Below are positions 17,217 through 30,522 of a stretch of DNA of 64,000 bases, piece after piece. The notes beneath the pieces are model-generated. The model made no database searches, was not told the DNA's origin, and worked only from the letters and a program-made list of their open reading frames with translations. The stretch comes from Bacteroidota bacterium (GTDB taxonomy: Bacteria > Bacteroidota > JABWAT01), in the NCBI GenBank assembly GCA_020161835.1, contig JAIUNL010000012.1:35081-99080 (forward strand), in the 5' to 3' direction. The position numbers and the translations under genes are program-made. The first letter of the stretch is position 1. Each line of letters begins with the position of its first letter.

Positions 17217-17253
17217 GATGCGGTCACTGAGCGGAGTCGAAGTGCCCGCCATC
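17217..17253 (+). repeat. CACTGAG...TCGAAGTGC hairpin element, copy 1
   Basis: gatgcgg-tcactgagcggagtcgaagtgc-ccgccatc, followed by ttaaat. Confidence 0.8.
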
Positions 17254-17362
17254 TTAAATCAACCTTTGAAATTGATTTCAGCTGAAATATTCATTTAAAA
17301 CCTAGAATAACCTTTGCGATTTTGGCGGCTTTGCGGGAAACCCGAATTTTTAAGGAAACACA

Positions 17363-20854
<3,492 letters not shown>

Positions 20855-20866
20855 AAACGACTCACT

Positions 20867-21487
20867 ATGAAATTCGAACTTGACAAACGGGAAAACCTCG
20901 CCATCTTCAAACTGAAAGAAACCAGACTGGATTCATCTATTGCCGCCCAGGTTAAAGGTGAATTTGTAACTCTGCTTTCTGCCGATGATATCCAGAATCT
21001 GCTCGTTGACATGTCTGAAGTTACTTTTTCAGATTCTTCTGGTCTTTCATGCCTCCTGGTTGCCCACCGTATCTGCTCAAATAATGGCGGATTATTCGGT
21101 TTGGTTGGTTGCCAGCCGGGTGTAGAAAAACTGATAGGAATCAGTCATCTTGACCGTGTCATCCAGATGTATGATACAATGGAAGATGCGGTGGTTGATT
21201 TTGAAATCCAGATGGAAGATTTCGAAGATGTTCTTCCTCCGGTTGATGAAGATGAAGAACCGGAAGATGACCCAACCAAAGACCCTTACTACGATCCTGA
21301 TCTTGATGCTTTCCAGGGTGGAAAAGGGTTCCCTGCTGTTGGATCAAAAAAACGGAGCAAAACTGACGATGATGACGATTTTCTGGATGAAGAATCAGAT
21401 GAACTTCCTGATGATTTGCTGGATGGTGATGATAGTTTTGACGCCGATTTTGATGATGATGACCTGACTCCCAGAAAACGGAAATAA
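20867..21487 (+). CDS. STAS-domain protein (anti-sigma-factor-antagonist fold) with a long polyacidic C-terminal tail
   Basis: STAS core LVDMSEVTFSDSSGLSCLLVAHR. The last roughly 90 aa are dominated by D/E and end in a basic PRKRK. Confidence 0.75.
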   Translation: MKFELDKRENLAIFKLKETRLDSSIAAQVKGEFVTLLSADDIQNLLVDMSEVTFSDSSGLSCLLVAHRICSNNGGLFGLVGCQPGVEKLIGISHLDRVIQMYDTMEDAVVDFEIQMEDFEDVLPPVDEDEEPEDDPTKDPYYDPDLDAFQGGKGFPAVGSKKRSKTDDDDDFLDEESDELPDDLLDGDDSFDADFDDDDLTPRKRK

Positions 21488-21498
21488 ACTTCCGGATT

Positions 21499-22935
21499 AT
21501 GGGATTTCAAACAATTGATATCTGGATTGTAGCCGTTTATCTGCTGGTCAGTATCGGTATTGGATTGCTGGCCGGCAAGGGTTTAAATTCAACATCAGGT
21601 TATTTTTCAGGTGACCGTACACTTCCCTGGTGGGCGGTTTGTATCTCAATTGTGGCGACTGAAACCTCCGCCCTGACCTTTTTGAGTATCCCCGGTCTTG
21701 CTTTCGCCGGGGATTTTTCGTTTTTACAGGTTGCCTTCGGCTATATTCTTGGCCGGATTCTCATTGCGTCCTGGTTCCTTCCTAAATATTTTTCGGGAAA
21801 TCTGGTAACTGCCTATCAATGGATCGGCACCCGTTTCGGTGTTCAGGCACAGAAATCAACGGCTGTCGTTTTCATGTCAACCCGGCTTTTTGCTGATGGC
21901 GTCAGATTATATGCAACAGCAATTCCCATTGCTCTTCTGTTCGGCCTTTATACCGGAACCCAATTTTCTCAAAACAAACTTTATATTGGCGCTATTGTCA
22001 TTCTGGGTGTGGTAACCATTTTTTATACTGTTTTTGGTGGAATAAAGGCTGTGATCTGGTCCGATTTTCTGCAATGGGTGATTTATATTGCCGGCGGCGG
22101 TATTGCGCTTTATCTTCTCGCCGGACAGGTTTCTTCTGATTCCCTCGATTTTTCAAAAACAACAATTCTTCACTGGACCACAAAATCAGGTTCATTCTGG
22201 AGCTGGGATGAATCGTATTTAGCCTGGAATGCAATTATTGGCGGGATGGTTCTTTCTATGGCCAGCCATGGAACTGATCAGATTATCGTTCAGCGGATTT
22301 TATGTACAAAATCTGAACGGGAAGGGAAAATTGCTCTGGTTCTTTCCGGATTTATTGTTTTTGTTCAGTTTGCACTGTTCCTTTTAATCGGGTGGCTTCT
22401 TTCTTCTTTCTTTTCCGGCCGGGATCTTGCACCCGACCAGGCCTTCTCCACTTTTATCATTGAATTTATGCCATCCGGCTTTTCAGGGTTAATTCTTGCT
22501 GCTGTGATTGCAGCGGCAATGAGTTCTTTGAGTTCTTCTGTGAATTCACTTGCCTCATCTTCTATGACTGACTTTACCCGGAATAACTGGAAAATCAATG
22601 AACTTCTTCTCTCCCGGCTTGTGTCGGTTTTTTGGGGTGTTTTGCTTACCGTTGTGGCCATTGCACTTGTTGCATCAGGTGATCTGGTCAAAAAATCGGT
22701 CGTTGAAGTTGGTTTAAAGATCGCCTCTGTAACTTACGGTCCAATTTTGGGAATTTTTATCCTTGGAAACCTGAAGTTTGAAATGCCCTGGCCGAAGATT
22801 CTAACTGCTCTGGCACTTTCTCTTGCCGGCATGATCCTGCTTGTTTTCTTTTCATCAATGGCCTGGACTTTATTTACACTGGCAGGAACTCTGCTCTTCT
22901 TAATTTTAATTCTCCTCTTCCGGAGGTTTTCGTGA
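21499..22935 (+). CDS. Sodium:solute symporter (SSS) family transporter
   Basis: Polytopic protein with an SSS-type N-terminus (YFSGDRTLPWWAVCISIVATETSALTFLSIPG). Confidence 0.85.
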   Translation: MGFQTIDIWIVAVYLLVSIGIGLLAGKGLNSTSGYFSGDRTLPWWAVCISIVATETSALTFLSIPGLAFAGDFSFLQVAFGYILGRILIASWFLPKYFSGNLVTAYQWIGTRFGVQAQKSTAVVFMSTRLFADGVRLYATAIPIALLFGLYTGTQFSQNKLYIGAIVILGVVTIFYTVFGGIKAVIWSDFLQWVIYIAGGGIALYLLAGQVSSDSLDFSKTTILHWTTKSGSFWSWDESYLAWNAIIGGMVLSMASHGTDQIIVQRILCTKSEREGKIALVLSGFIVFVQFALFLLIGWLLSSFFSGRDLAPDQAFSTFIIEFMPSGFSGLILAAVIAAAMSSLSSSVNSLASSSMTDFTRNNWKINELLLSRLVSVFWGVLLTVVAIALVASGDLVKKSVVEVGLKIASVTYGPILGIFILGNLKFEMPWPKILTALALSLAGMILLVFFSSMAWTLFTLAGTLLFLILILLFRRFS

Positions 22936-24695
22936 TGTCTGACCGTATTCTATTGGGTGTTGACTGGCTGATTATCATTGTTTATGTGCTCATTTCTCTG
23001 GTGATCGGGTTATTGTTTGCCAAACGTGCCGGAAAAAGTACCGAAGAATATTTTCTTTCCGGACGGAAATTACCCTGGTGGATTGCCGGAACAGCAATGG
23101 TTGCCACCACATTTGCTGCAGATACACCACTTGCCGTGACAGAACTTGTTGCTCAAAACGGGATTTCGGGAAACTGGTTATGGTGGTGCATGGCCATCGG
23201 CGGTATGATGACGGTTTTCTTTTTTGCTCCGCTTTGGCGTCGTGCGGGAGTTTTAACCGATCTCGAGTTTACTGAAATCCGTTATGCTGGAAAACCTGCA
23301 GCCTTTTTACGTGGATTCCGGGCCGTGTATCTCGGTATATTCATGAATTCCATTATTATGGGCTGGGTGAACCTGGCCATGGTAAAAATCGTTTCGGTTG
23401 TGCTTCCAGACTGGAATGCCCAGATTTTCATCCTGGGTGCAATGATGTTTGTTGCATTATATTCTACACTTTCAGGTCAATGGGGTGTTGCCATAACTGA
23501 TACGTTCCAGTTTGCTTTTGCCATGATTGGCTGTGTGGTTCTGGCCTGGTTTGCTCTCGACCATCCTGGAATAAATGGGATGGCCGGACTTCAGAAATCC
23601 CTTCTAAGCAGTACTTTTGAGCTTTTCCCACGAATAGGTGACACGTCGATTTTCGGGGTTCTTTCGTTGGGTGTCTCTGCCTTTTTGACTTATGTCGGGG
23701 TGATCTGGTGGGCCAGCTGGTATCCGGGAAATGAGCCCGGTGGCGGCGGATATGTGGCTCAGCGAATGATGTCTGCAAAAAATGAAACCCATGCTTTGGT
23801 TGCAACTTTGTGGTTCAATATTGCCCATTACTGCCTCAGACCCTGGCCATGGATTATTGTTGCTTTGGTTTCACTGGTTTTATTCCCCGGTCTGCCGCCT
23901 GATCAGCAGGGACAGGGTTTTGTGATGGTGATGAAGGAAGTTCTGCCTGCCGGTTGGTACGGATTCCTGATTGCTGCTTTTCTGGCTGCTTACATGAGTA
24001 CGATTTCAACTCACCTGAACTGGGGTGCTTCTTATGTTGTGAATGATGTCATGAAACGGTTCATGTTTAAACAAACAGAGAAAAAACTGGTTTGGGAATC
24101 CCGCATGGTTACCGTTGCCCTCATGATCATTTCGTTTTTCATTACGTTTTATCTGCTTGATACAATCAAAGGTGCCTGGGAATTTATTCTGAATTGCGGG
24201 GCTGGAATTGGTGGTGTGTTAATTCTCCGCTGGTATTGGTGGAGAATCAACGCCTGGTCTGAGATTTCAGCTATGGTAGCTCCAATTATAACCTATTCGG
24301 TGATTGTACTTTATTTTCCTGAACTGGTTTTCCCTTATTCAACTTTGATTATTACTACGGTTACAACAGTTGTCTGGCTGTCTGTTACTTTTCTCACTTC
24401 ACCAACAAGTCAGGAACACCTGGCTGCTTTTTACAAAAAAACAAGACCTATGGGACCTGGATGGCGGAAGTTTCGTGAAGAACTCCAGCTTGAAGGAAAA
24501 GGTATTCCGCTTTCCCGCTTATTTAAATTATGGTTTTATGGTGTCGTGGTGATTTACTTTACATTGTTTGCCATTGCTGAAGTGATTTTCAGCAGACTTG
24601 ATCTGGCTTTGACCTTTACCGGAATTGTTCTCCTTGCCGTTGCCCTTTTGAAACTGGATTATGACAAACACGGTTGGCGGATGCTGAACGAGTGA
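22932..24695 (+). CDS. Sodium:solute symporter (SSS) family transporter
   Basis: EYFLSGRKLPWWIAGTAMVATTFAADTPL. GTGA overlap with the upstream paralogue (GTG start 22932-22934, TGA stop 22933-22935). Confidence 0.85.
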   Translation: MMSDRILLGVDWLIIIVYVLISLVIGLLFAKRAGKSTEEYFLSGRKLPWWIAGTAMVATTFAADTPLAVTELVAQNGISGNWLWWCMAIGGMMTVFFFAPLWRRAGVLTDLEFTEIRYAGKPAAFLRGFRAVYLGIFMNSIIMGWVNLAMVKIVSVVLPDWNAQIFILGAMMFVALYSTLSGQWGVAITDTFQFAFAMIGCVVLAWFALDHPGINGMAGLQKSLLSSTFELFPRIGDTSIFGVLSLGVSAFLTYVGVIWWASWYPGNEPGGGGYVAQRMMSAKNETHALVATLWFNIAHYCLRPWPWIIVALVSLVLFPGLPPDQQGQGFVMVMKEVLPAGWYGFLIAAFLAAYMSTISTHLNWGASYVVNDVMKRFMFKQTEKKLVWESRMVTVALMIISFFITFYLLDTIKGAWEFILNCGAGIGGVLILRWYWWRINAWSEISAMVAPIITYSVIVLYFPELVFPYSTLIITTVTTVVWLSVTFLTSPTSQEHLAAFYKKTRPMGPGWRKFREELQLEGKGIPLSRLFKLWFYGVVVIYFTLFAIAEVIFSRLDLALTFTGIVLLAVALLKLDYDKHGWRMLNE

Positions 24696-25606
24696 AAAAA
24701 TATATTTTTGATGTTTTTCCGGCAGTTTTTCAACGTTATCTGCAATTCGTCAGAATTGAAAAAAATCTTGCCGGTAATTCCCTTCAATCTTACAGCCTTG
24801 ATCTGGTCAGATATGCTTCATTTCTTCAAACCAATAAAATCACATCTCTCTCTCAGATTGATCTTAAAACGATTGAATCCTACCTCAGGGTGTTATATGA
24901 TCTCGGTCTGGCGCCTTCCTCAATCGCCAGAAATATCTCAAGTCTGAAAGGATTTCACAGGTTTATTTCTTCAGAAGGGATTTTATCTTCTGATCCCACC
25001 GAACTGATTGATTCAATTAAACTTCCCAAAAAGCTCCCGGATGTTCTCACTGTTCAGGAAGTATTTTCAATTCTGGATGCTGCAGACCCGAATGACCGAA
25101 TCGGATTAAGAGACCGTGCCATTCTTGAAACCCTGTATGCAACCGGAATCAGAGTAAGTGAACTGATAACCTTAAGGCAATCACAGTTGTTTTTTGATGT
25201 TGATCTGATCAGGGTTTTCGGGAAAGGATCAAAAGAACGGATCGTTCCCATTGGCGGGAGTGCTATGAATATGATCAGAAAATACCAGGCAGGAACCCGG
25301 CCTGGTTTGGCCTCTACCGGTAAAAGTGCAGACGTCCTTTTTCTGAATCAGAGGGGAACCGGACTAAGCCGGATGGCTATTCTGACGATTGTAAAAAACT
25401 GTGCTTCACTTGCAGGTGTAAAAAAGGACGTAACTCCTCACACCTTCAGACACTCTTTTGCAACTCATCTTCTTGAAGGTGGGGCAGATTTACGGGCGGT
25501 TCAGGAAATGTTGGGGCATGCAGATATTTCAACAACTCAGATTTACACACATATTGATCGTGAATTTCTGAAAGAAATTCATTTTCAATTTCATCCCCGA
25601 AAATAA
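24674..25606 (+). CDS. xerD: Tyrosine recombinase XerD/XerC type
   Basis: ATGIRVSEL, HTFRHSFATHLL and LGHADISTTQIYTH (catalytic R-H-R-H-Y context). The start is either TTG 24674 or GTG 24692 (GTGA overlap). Confidence 0.88.
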   Translation: MADAERVKKYIFDVFPAVFQRYLQFVRIEKNLAGNSLQSYSLDLVRYASFLQTNKITSLSQIDLKTIESYLRVLYDLGLAPSSIARNISSLKGFHRFISSEGILSSDPTELIDSIKLPKKLPDVLTVQEVFSILDAADPNDRIGLRDRAILETLYATGIRVSELITLRQSQLFFDVDLIRVFGKGSKERIVPIGGSAMNMIRKYQAGTRPGLASTGKSADVLFLNQRGTGLSRMAILTIVKNCASLAGVKKDVTPHTFRHSFATHLLEGGADLRAVQEMLGHADISTTQIYTHIDREFLKEIHFQFHPRK

Positions 25607-25621
25607 AAATCGAGTTTCTGG

Positions 25622-26170
25622 CTATTTTATTTCCTCAACAATCAGATTTTTTCTGTGAATACCCGTTACTCTAACTTTTTTTCCTTTTTCAACAGACCGG
25701 TGCAACATTTCAAAAGCATCTGCCACAAGTTCTATCTTATCCAGCTTAACTCTGATTTTACCGGCAGTTCCTGCTTGTATGGGCTCAACAACTGTCCCGG
25801 TGGCTCTGATCACCGACTCTAACCCTTCATTTTTTGACCTGATCCGCTCAAGTATCCCTGTTACCGTTTCACCTGTAATCCATGAAAGCAAAATTCCTGA
25901 TAGTGCTGAACCTATTCCGATAAAAAGGGGTGAAGCAGTCATCACATCGGGAAGCAAAAGTCCTGTTAACCCTGAAAAAAACAGGATCAGACTGATTCCC
26001 GGAAAAGAAAATAAATGAAACCTGACAACAGTGGGTGCAGACTGGTTATCAGTTGAATCTGAGGTTGCGAGCCCGGCATTTCCATAAAAAGAACTGAGCA
26101 AAAGATTGATAAAAATACAAAATCCACCCAAAGCGATAAGAAAATAGAAAACAAATGTGATTACCGGCAT
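25622..26170 (-). CDS. NfeD-like membrane protein
   Basis: TM helices followed by a C-terminal OB-fold-like segment (GTVVEPIQAGTAGKIRVKL...GKKVRVTGI). Start moved to ATG 26170 (MPVITFVFYF). Confidence 0.6.
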   Translation of the reverse strand: MPVITFVFYFLIALGGFCIFINLLLSSFYGNAGLATSDSTDNQSAPTVVRFHLFSFPGISLILFFSGLTGLLLPDVMTASPLFIGIGSALSGILLSWITGETVTGILERIRSKNEGLESVIRATGTVVEPIQAGTAGKIRVKLDKIELVADAFEMLHRSVEKGKKVRVTGIHRKNLIVEEIK

Positions 26171-26334
26171 GATGCTTCCTTCATGAGAAAATGACCTAAA
26201 TGTAAAAATCGGAAATAAAAAGTGAAATTCACATGCCTGATTCCTCACAAATTCAGGTCACTTTGGTTGGGTTCTATTTTTTTTAGCAGGATTGAATCGT
26301 ATTTTAGCTGATTAATTACCAGAATTCTGGGGCT

Positions 26335-27228
26335 ATGACAAAAGATTTCAAAGTTGGTTTAACGGTTTTCCTTTCCCTCGTCGTTTTATTTGCCGGATTG
26401 ATTTGGCTGAAAGGCTGGTCATTTTCCCAAAAACATAAAGTTGTGGTGGCAAAATTTGACGATACCATTGGTTTGCTTGAGGGGGATCCGGTTTTTGTGA
26501 GAGGAACCAATGTAGGCAAGGTTGAACTTATTTCGAATGAGGGTGATTTTGTATCAGTAAAAATCATTCTTGATGAAGAAATTGTGCTTTTTACCGATGC
26601 TGTTGCAAAAATTGGAATGCTTGAAATCCTAGCTGGCAAGAAAATTGATGTTTTACCCGGCATCTCCGGTGTTCAGCTTCCTGATGGCGGGGTTATAACC
26701 GGAATTCTTGGTGCTGATATTCCCCGGATGCTGAGTCAGGTTAACGATGTAAGTGATGATCTTAAAATGCTCATCCGGAATTTAAATATCACACTTGACG
26801 GACTGAATAAGGTTATTGCCAACCAACAATTTCAGAACAACACCCTTACACTGTTTGAGAATCTGGCACAGACCAGTCAAAATCTTGCACATCTGACATC
26901 CAATCTTGATAAAAACAGCAGTAAACTTGATTCAATGGCAAACCGGATCAACAGACTTGTTCTGTCAATGAATTCTGCAATTACGGAATTAACGCCCAAA
27001 GCCGGAACCATGCTGACTTCAACTTCAGAAACCATGGTTCAGCTGAATAAAACAATTGCCCAATTCAATGATTTAGCCACAAAGCTTAACAACAACAAAT
27101 CTTTGGCTAACCAAATGCTGACGGATGAAAAATTTGCAGCAAGATTTAATTCTACAATTGATTCGCTTAATTTATTTATGAACCACATACGGACTAAACC
27201 CGTTAAACTGGATATTGATTTATGGTAA
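26335..27228 (+). CDS. MlaD/MCE-domain protein
   Basis: N-terminal TM anchor, MCE region (VVVAKFDDTIGLLEGDPVFVRGTNVGKV), and a long helical N/Q/L-rich C-terminus. Confidence 0.75.
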   Translation: MTKDFKVGLTVFLSLVVLFAGLIWLKGWSFSQKHKVVVAKFDDTIGLLEGDPVFVRGTNVGKVELISNEGDFVSVKIILDEEIVLFTDAVAKIGMLEILAGKKIDVLPGISGVQLPDGGVITGILGADIPRMLSQVNDVSDDLKMLIRNLNITLDGLNKVIANQQFQNNTLTLFENLAQTSQNLAHLTSNLDKNSSKLDSMANRINRLVLSMNSAITELTPKAGTMLTSTSETMVQLNKTIAQFNDLATKLNNNKSLANQMLTDEKFAARFNSTIDSLNLFMNHIRTKPVKLDIDLW

Positions 27229-27275
27229 CTATCAGCAGTAAACTGAGTTCATCCCCAAGTATTGGAGGCCTTTCT

Positions 27276-28583
27276 ATGATATCAGTACGAATTTTGGCAA
27301 CCGGAATTCTTCTTTCTTTCTTTTCAACCGGTTTTGCACAGATTTATACCGCAACTGGTCGTCTTGCACACTCCATGACGGCAGATATGCAGAAATTGGC
27401 CAGTTATAAAATTAGTTTTGATACCTATGGTAGCTTCCTTCCGGGAACTTTTACCGGTCAGTCTGCTTCTGGTGCTCTGTTAAGCCAGAACTATATCGGA
27501 TTTGATTATGGTATCACTGATAATTTTCAGTTATCTGCCATTTTTAATGTTATGCAAATGAACCATTCTGCTGCCAAGTCAACATTTAATGCAGGTCCGG
27601 TTACAATTGGAATGAAACTTGGAAATCTTGCCTTTCTTAACGGGAGAATCCAGACAGGATTTATTATTGGGTCTTCTTTTGCTATCGGTGATTTGAATAA
27701 CGTTCCATTTTACCCCTATTATTCAGGAACAGTTGAAGTTGGTATCGGAAATATTACCTCCTGGTACCTTGATGCCGAAAGTCCTGAACAGGGACAGAGT
27801 TTGCATTTTAATGCCATGCTGATGAACCACAATGAAAATCAGCTTGAAGTGTCAAAGACCCCGAATGTTACCTACGAAATTCCCGGCCGGGCGGTTGGTA
27901 TTAAATACGCACTTGGTTATTTGTTCCCCTATGGAAGCTGGAATTTTTATTCGGAGATCTGGGGAGAAATGTTTTACAAGCAGCCAGATAAAGTGATGTT
28001 TTCCCGGGAATCCTATTCATATTTAAACGCTGGTTTTAAATATAAATATACATATTGGGAGCTGAATCTTTCTGTTGATGCTCAGCTTATGGGTTTTACA
28101 GATGAGACAGATTATGTGGCATCAACGGCAATCGGGTACCCGAAAGTTTTTACAGAAGATAAAAATTATTCACCCTATTTTGTTAATATGGGTGTGGTTG
28201 TGAATTTTTCTGACATCGTGAACTCCTGGATGGGTTACAGCATTGCAACCTATAATTACAATCTGGTAACTGCAGATAAATACACCGATGATCTTAGAAA
28301 AGATGATGTTCTGACTAAAATCGAAATGGAATATTACCGTACATTGTACGAATGTTTCAGAGGTGCAAAACGTTTTGATGAAAATATCAAAGGTACACTT
28401 TACATTGATTTTACTGTCAAACCTGACGGTACAGTTGAAAACCAGAAGGTCGTGATTTCAACTTTTGATTCTGCTCTTACAAGCCAGGTTGAAGATTGCA
28501 TGATTTCTCAGGTTAAAGACTGGGTTTTCCCGAAAGGTGAGAAACCATTACGCTTTGAAATTCTGCCACTGAACTTCAAATGA
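27276..28583 (+). CDS. Secreted or outer-membrane protein with a C-terminal TonB_C/AgmX-like domain
   Basis: Signal peptide (MISVRILATGILLSFFSTGFAQ) after a GGAGG RBS. The aromatic-rich body is suggestive of beta strands. C-terminal segment GTLYIDFTVKPDGTVENQKVV...WVFPKG. Confidence 0.55.
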   Translation: MISVRILATGILLSFFSTGFAQIYTATGRLAHSMTADMQKLASYKISFDTYGSFLPGTFTGQSASGALLSQNYIGFDYGITDNFQLSAIFNVMQMNHSAAKSTFNAGPVTIGMKLGNLAFLNGRIQTGFIIGSSFAIGDLNNVPFYPYYSGTVEVGIGNITSWYLDAESPEQGQSLHFNAMLMNHNENQLEVSKTPNVTYEIPGRAVGIKYALGYLFPYGSWNFYSEIWGEMFYKQPDKVMFSRESYSYLNAGFKYKYTYWELNLSVDAQLMGFTDETDYVASTAIGYPKVFTEDKNYSPYFVNMGVVVNFSDIVNSWMGYSIATYNYNLVTADKYTDDLRKDDVLTKIEMEYYRTLYECFRGAKRFDENIKGTLYIDFTVKPDGTVENQKVVISTFDSALTSQVEDCMISQVKDWVFPKGEKPLRFEILPLNFK

Positions 28584-30274
28584 GTTTCGCATACCGGTTT
28601 TTTCCGGTTTGTTTTGTTCTGTTTTCTCTTTCCTCCAAACTGGTTCTGGCTCAGGGGTTTGAACCGGTTTCTGGTAAAAATGGTCTGGTCGTTTCAGCTC
28701 ACCCGCTTGCCAGTGAAGCAGGACTTTCAGTTCTGAAAGCTGGCGGGAATGCATTTGATGCTGCTGTTGCCGTTGGGTTTGCCCTTCAATCTGTTTACCC
28801 TACCGCCGGAAATATTGGTGGCGGAGGTTTTGCCGTTATCCGGCTTCAGGACGGCTCTTCTTATACCCTTGATTTCAGAGAAACCGCCCCTTTTTCCTCA
28901 TCCCGTGATATGTTTATCAAAAATGGAAAAGCAGATAACCAGCTTTCTACCGTTGGTGCACTTTCAGCAGGTGTTCCTGGTACCGTTGACGGGTTATATC
29001 AGCTCCATAAAAAATGGGGAAAGTTATCCTGGAAATCCTGTGTAAATCCTTCTGTTCATCTTGCCAAATTTCATATCCTTTCCCAAAAAGCGGCATCAGT
29101 TCTCAATTTATTCAGGTCTGATCTGTCCCGTTTTCCAGAAACTGCATCTATTTATCTGAAAAAAGATGGCTCTGAATGGGAAACCGGTGATACACTGTTC
29201 CAGCCTGATCTTGCAAAAACTCTCGAAAGAATTGCAGTTAATGGCGCCAGTGAGTTTTATTCAGGAGAAACATCACGCCTGCTGGTAAACTCTGTAAAAA
29301 AATACAACGGGGTAATTTCCGCGTCTGATCTTAATGCCTACCAATCAAAATGGCGTAATCCGCTAAAGGGCACCTACCACGGATCGGAACTGATTTCGAT
29401 GGGACTTCCTTCAAGCGGCGGCATTATTTTGTTGCAAACATTGAACATGCTTGAAAATCAACAGATTGATTCAACCGATTTCAGATCAACCCGGTTTGTT
29501 CATGATTTCTCAAGGGCTCTTCAGCTTGCCTATTCTGACCGTGCCCAATACATGGGTGATCCTGATTTTGTTTCGGTACCCTTCGATACTCTGATTTCGA
29601 AACCCTACGCGTTACGGCGTTTTCGTCAAACCAATCCGGAGAAGAAAATTCCCTCATCTGAAATTCAGGCGGGAAATATCGCCGGTTTTGAACATGAAGA
29701 AACGACTCACTATTCCATCATTGATAAAGAAGGAAATGCGGTCAGCATTACCTATACCCTGAATGGTGCTTTCGGTTCATTTCTGGTTGTAGATGGTGCT
29801 GGTTTTTTACTGAATAACGAAATGGATGATTTTAGTATTCAGCCCGGAGTGCCCAATTCCTACGGACTATTCGGTGGTCGTGCCAATGAAATCCAACCTG
29901 GAAAACGAATGCTGAGCAGTATGACACCCTTAATTGTAGTTCGGGATAATAAACCCTGGCTGATTATCGGAAGTCCGGGCGGATCGACAATCCCCACTAC
30001 CGTTTTACAAACTTTCCTCAATGTTTTTCATTTTAAAATGTCTGTACAGGAAGCCGTGAATGCCGGTCGGATTCATTACCAATGGGTTCCTGATATTTTA
30101 TTTTATGAAAAGCACACACTGAGTTCAGAACTTGTCAAAAATCTCGAAAAACTCGGGTATAAGTGTGTTCAGCGGTCGGGTTATCAGGGTCGCTGTGAAG
30201 CGATTGAAATAAAAAATGGATGGTATCTGGGTGGAGCTGATCCACGGGGGAATGATTCTGTTTCAGCCTGGTAA
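28580..30274 (+). CDS. ggt: Gamma-glutamyltransferase
   Basis: Signal peptide. The autoprocessing and catalytic Thr lies in EETTHYSIIDKEGNAVS. Also GGFLLNNEMDDF and SSMTP motifs. Confidence 0.93.
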   Translation: MSFAYRFFPVCFVLFSLSSKLVLAQGFEPVSGKNGLVVSAHPLASEAGLSVLKAGGNAFDAAVAVGFALQSVYPTAGNIGGGGFAVIRLQDGSSYTLDFRETAPFSSSRDMFIKNGKADNQLSTVGALSAGVPGTVDGLYQLHKKWGKLSWKSCVNPSVHLAKFHILSQKAASVLNLFRSDLSRFPETASIYLKKDGSEWETGDTLFQPDLAKTLERIAVNGASEFYSGETSRLLVNSVKKYNGVISASDLNAYQSKWRNPLKGTYHGSELISMGLPSSGGIILLQTLNMLENQQIDSTDFRSTRFVHDFSRALQLAYSDRAQYMGDPDFVSVPFDTLISKPYALRRFRQTNPEKKIPSSEIQAGNIAGFEHEETTHYSIIDKEGNAVSITYTLNGAFGSFLVVDGAGFLLNNEMDDFSIQPGVPNSYGLFGGRANEIQPGKRMLSSMTPLIVVRDNKPWLIIGSPGGSTIPTTVLQTFLNVFHFKMSVQEAVNAGRIHYQWVPDILFYEKHTLSSELVKNLEKLGYKCVQRSGYQGRCEAIEIKNGWYLGGADPRGNDSVSAW

Positions 30275-30458
30275 AAAACCTGTTTTAAGAGTTTCACGTG
30301 ATTTTGTTTTAAAATTAATGAAAAGCTAATCTGCAACCTCACTTTTACACATCATTTCATTCTGCCCTGATTTCTGCCATTTTTACACCCTCCTATTGTC
30401 CCCAAATTCATTTAAGTTCGCAACTATCTGATTTTTAAAGACTTTGGCCTGATAAAAT

Positions 30459-30491
30459 TAATTTGCAAATAAATAATTTATTTGTAAATTA
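30459..30491. promoter_or_regulatory. AT-rich 33-nt palindrome upstream of relA/spoT (candidate operator)
   Basis: taatttgcaaataaat-a-atttatttgtaaatta. The arms are 16 nt with one mismatch. The palindrome ends 32 nt before the ATG at 30523. Confidence 0.4.
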
Positions 30492-30522
30492 CAGTAGGTA
30501 AGTCCGGAAAAATAAAAAAGAT

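Noticed and set aside
24674-25606. xerD-like recombinase as the integrase of a mobile element
   Set aside because: It has full XerC/D-type motifs and is embedded in a co-directional housekeeping operon. There is no flanking tRNA, no direct repeats and no cargo genes.
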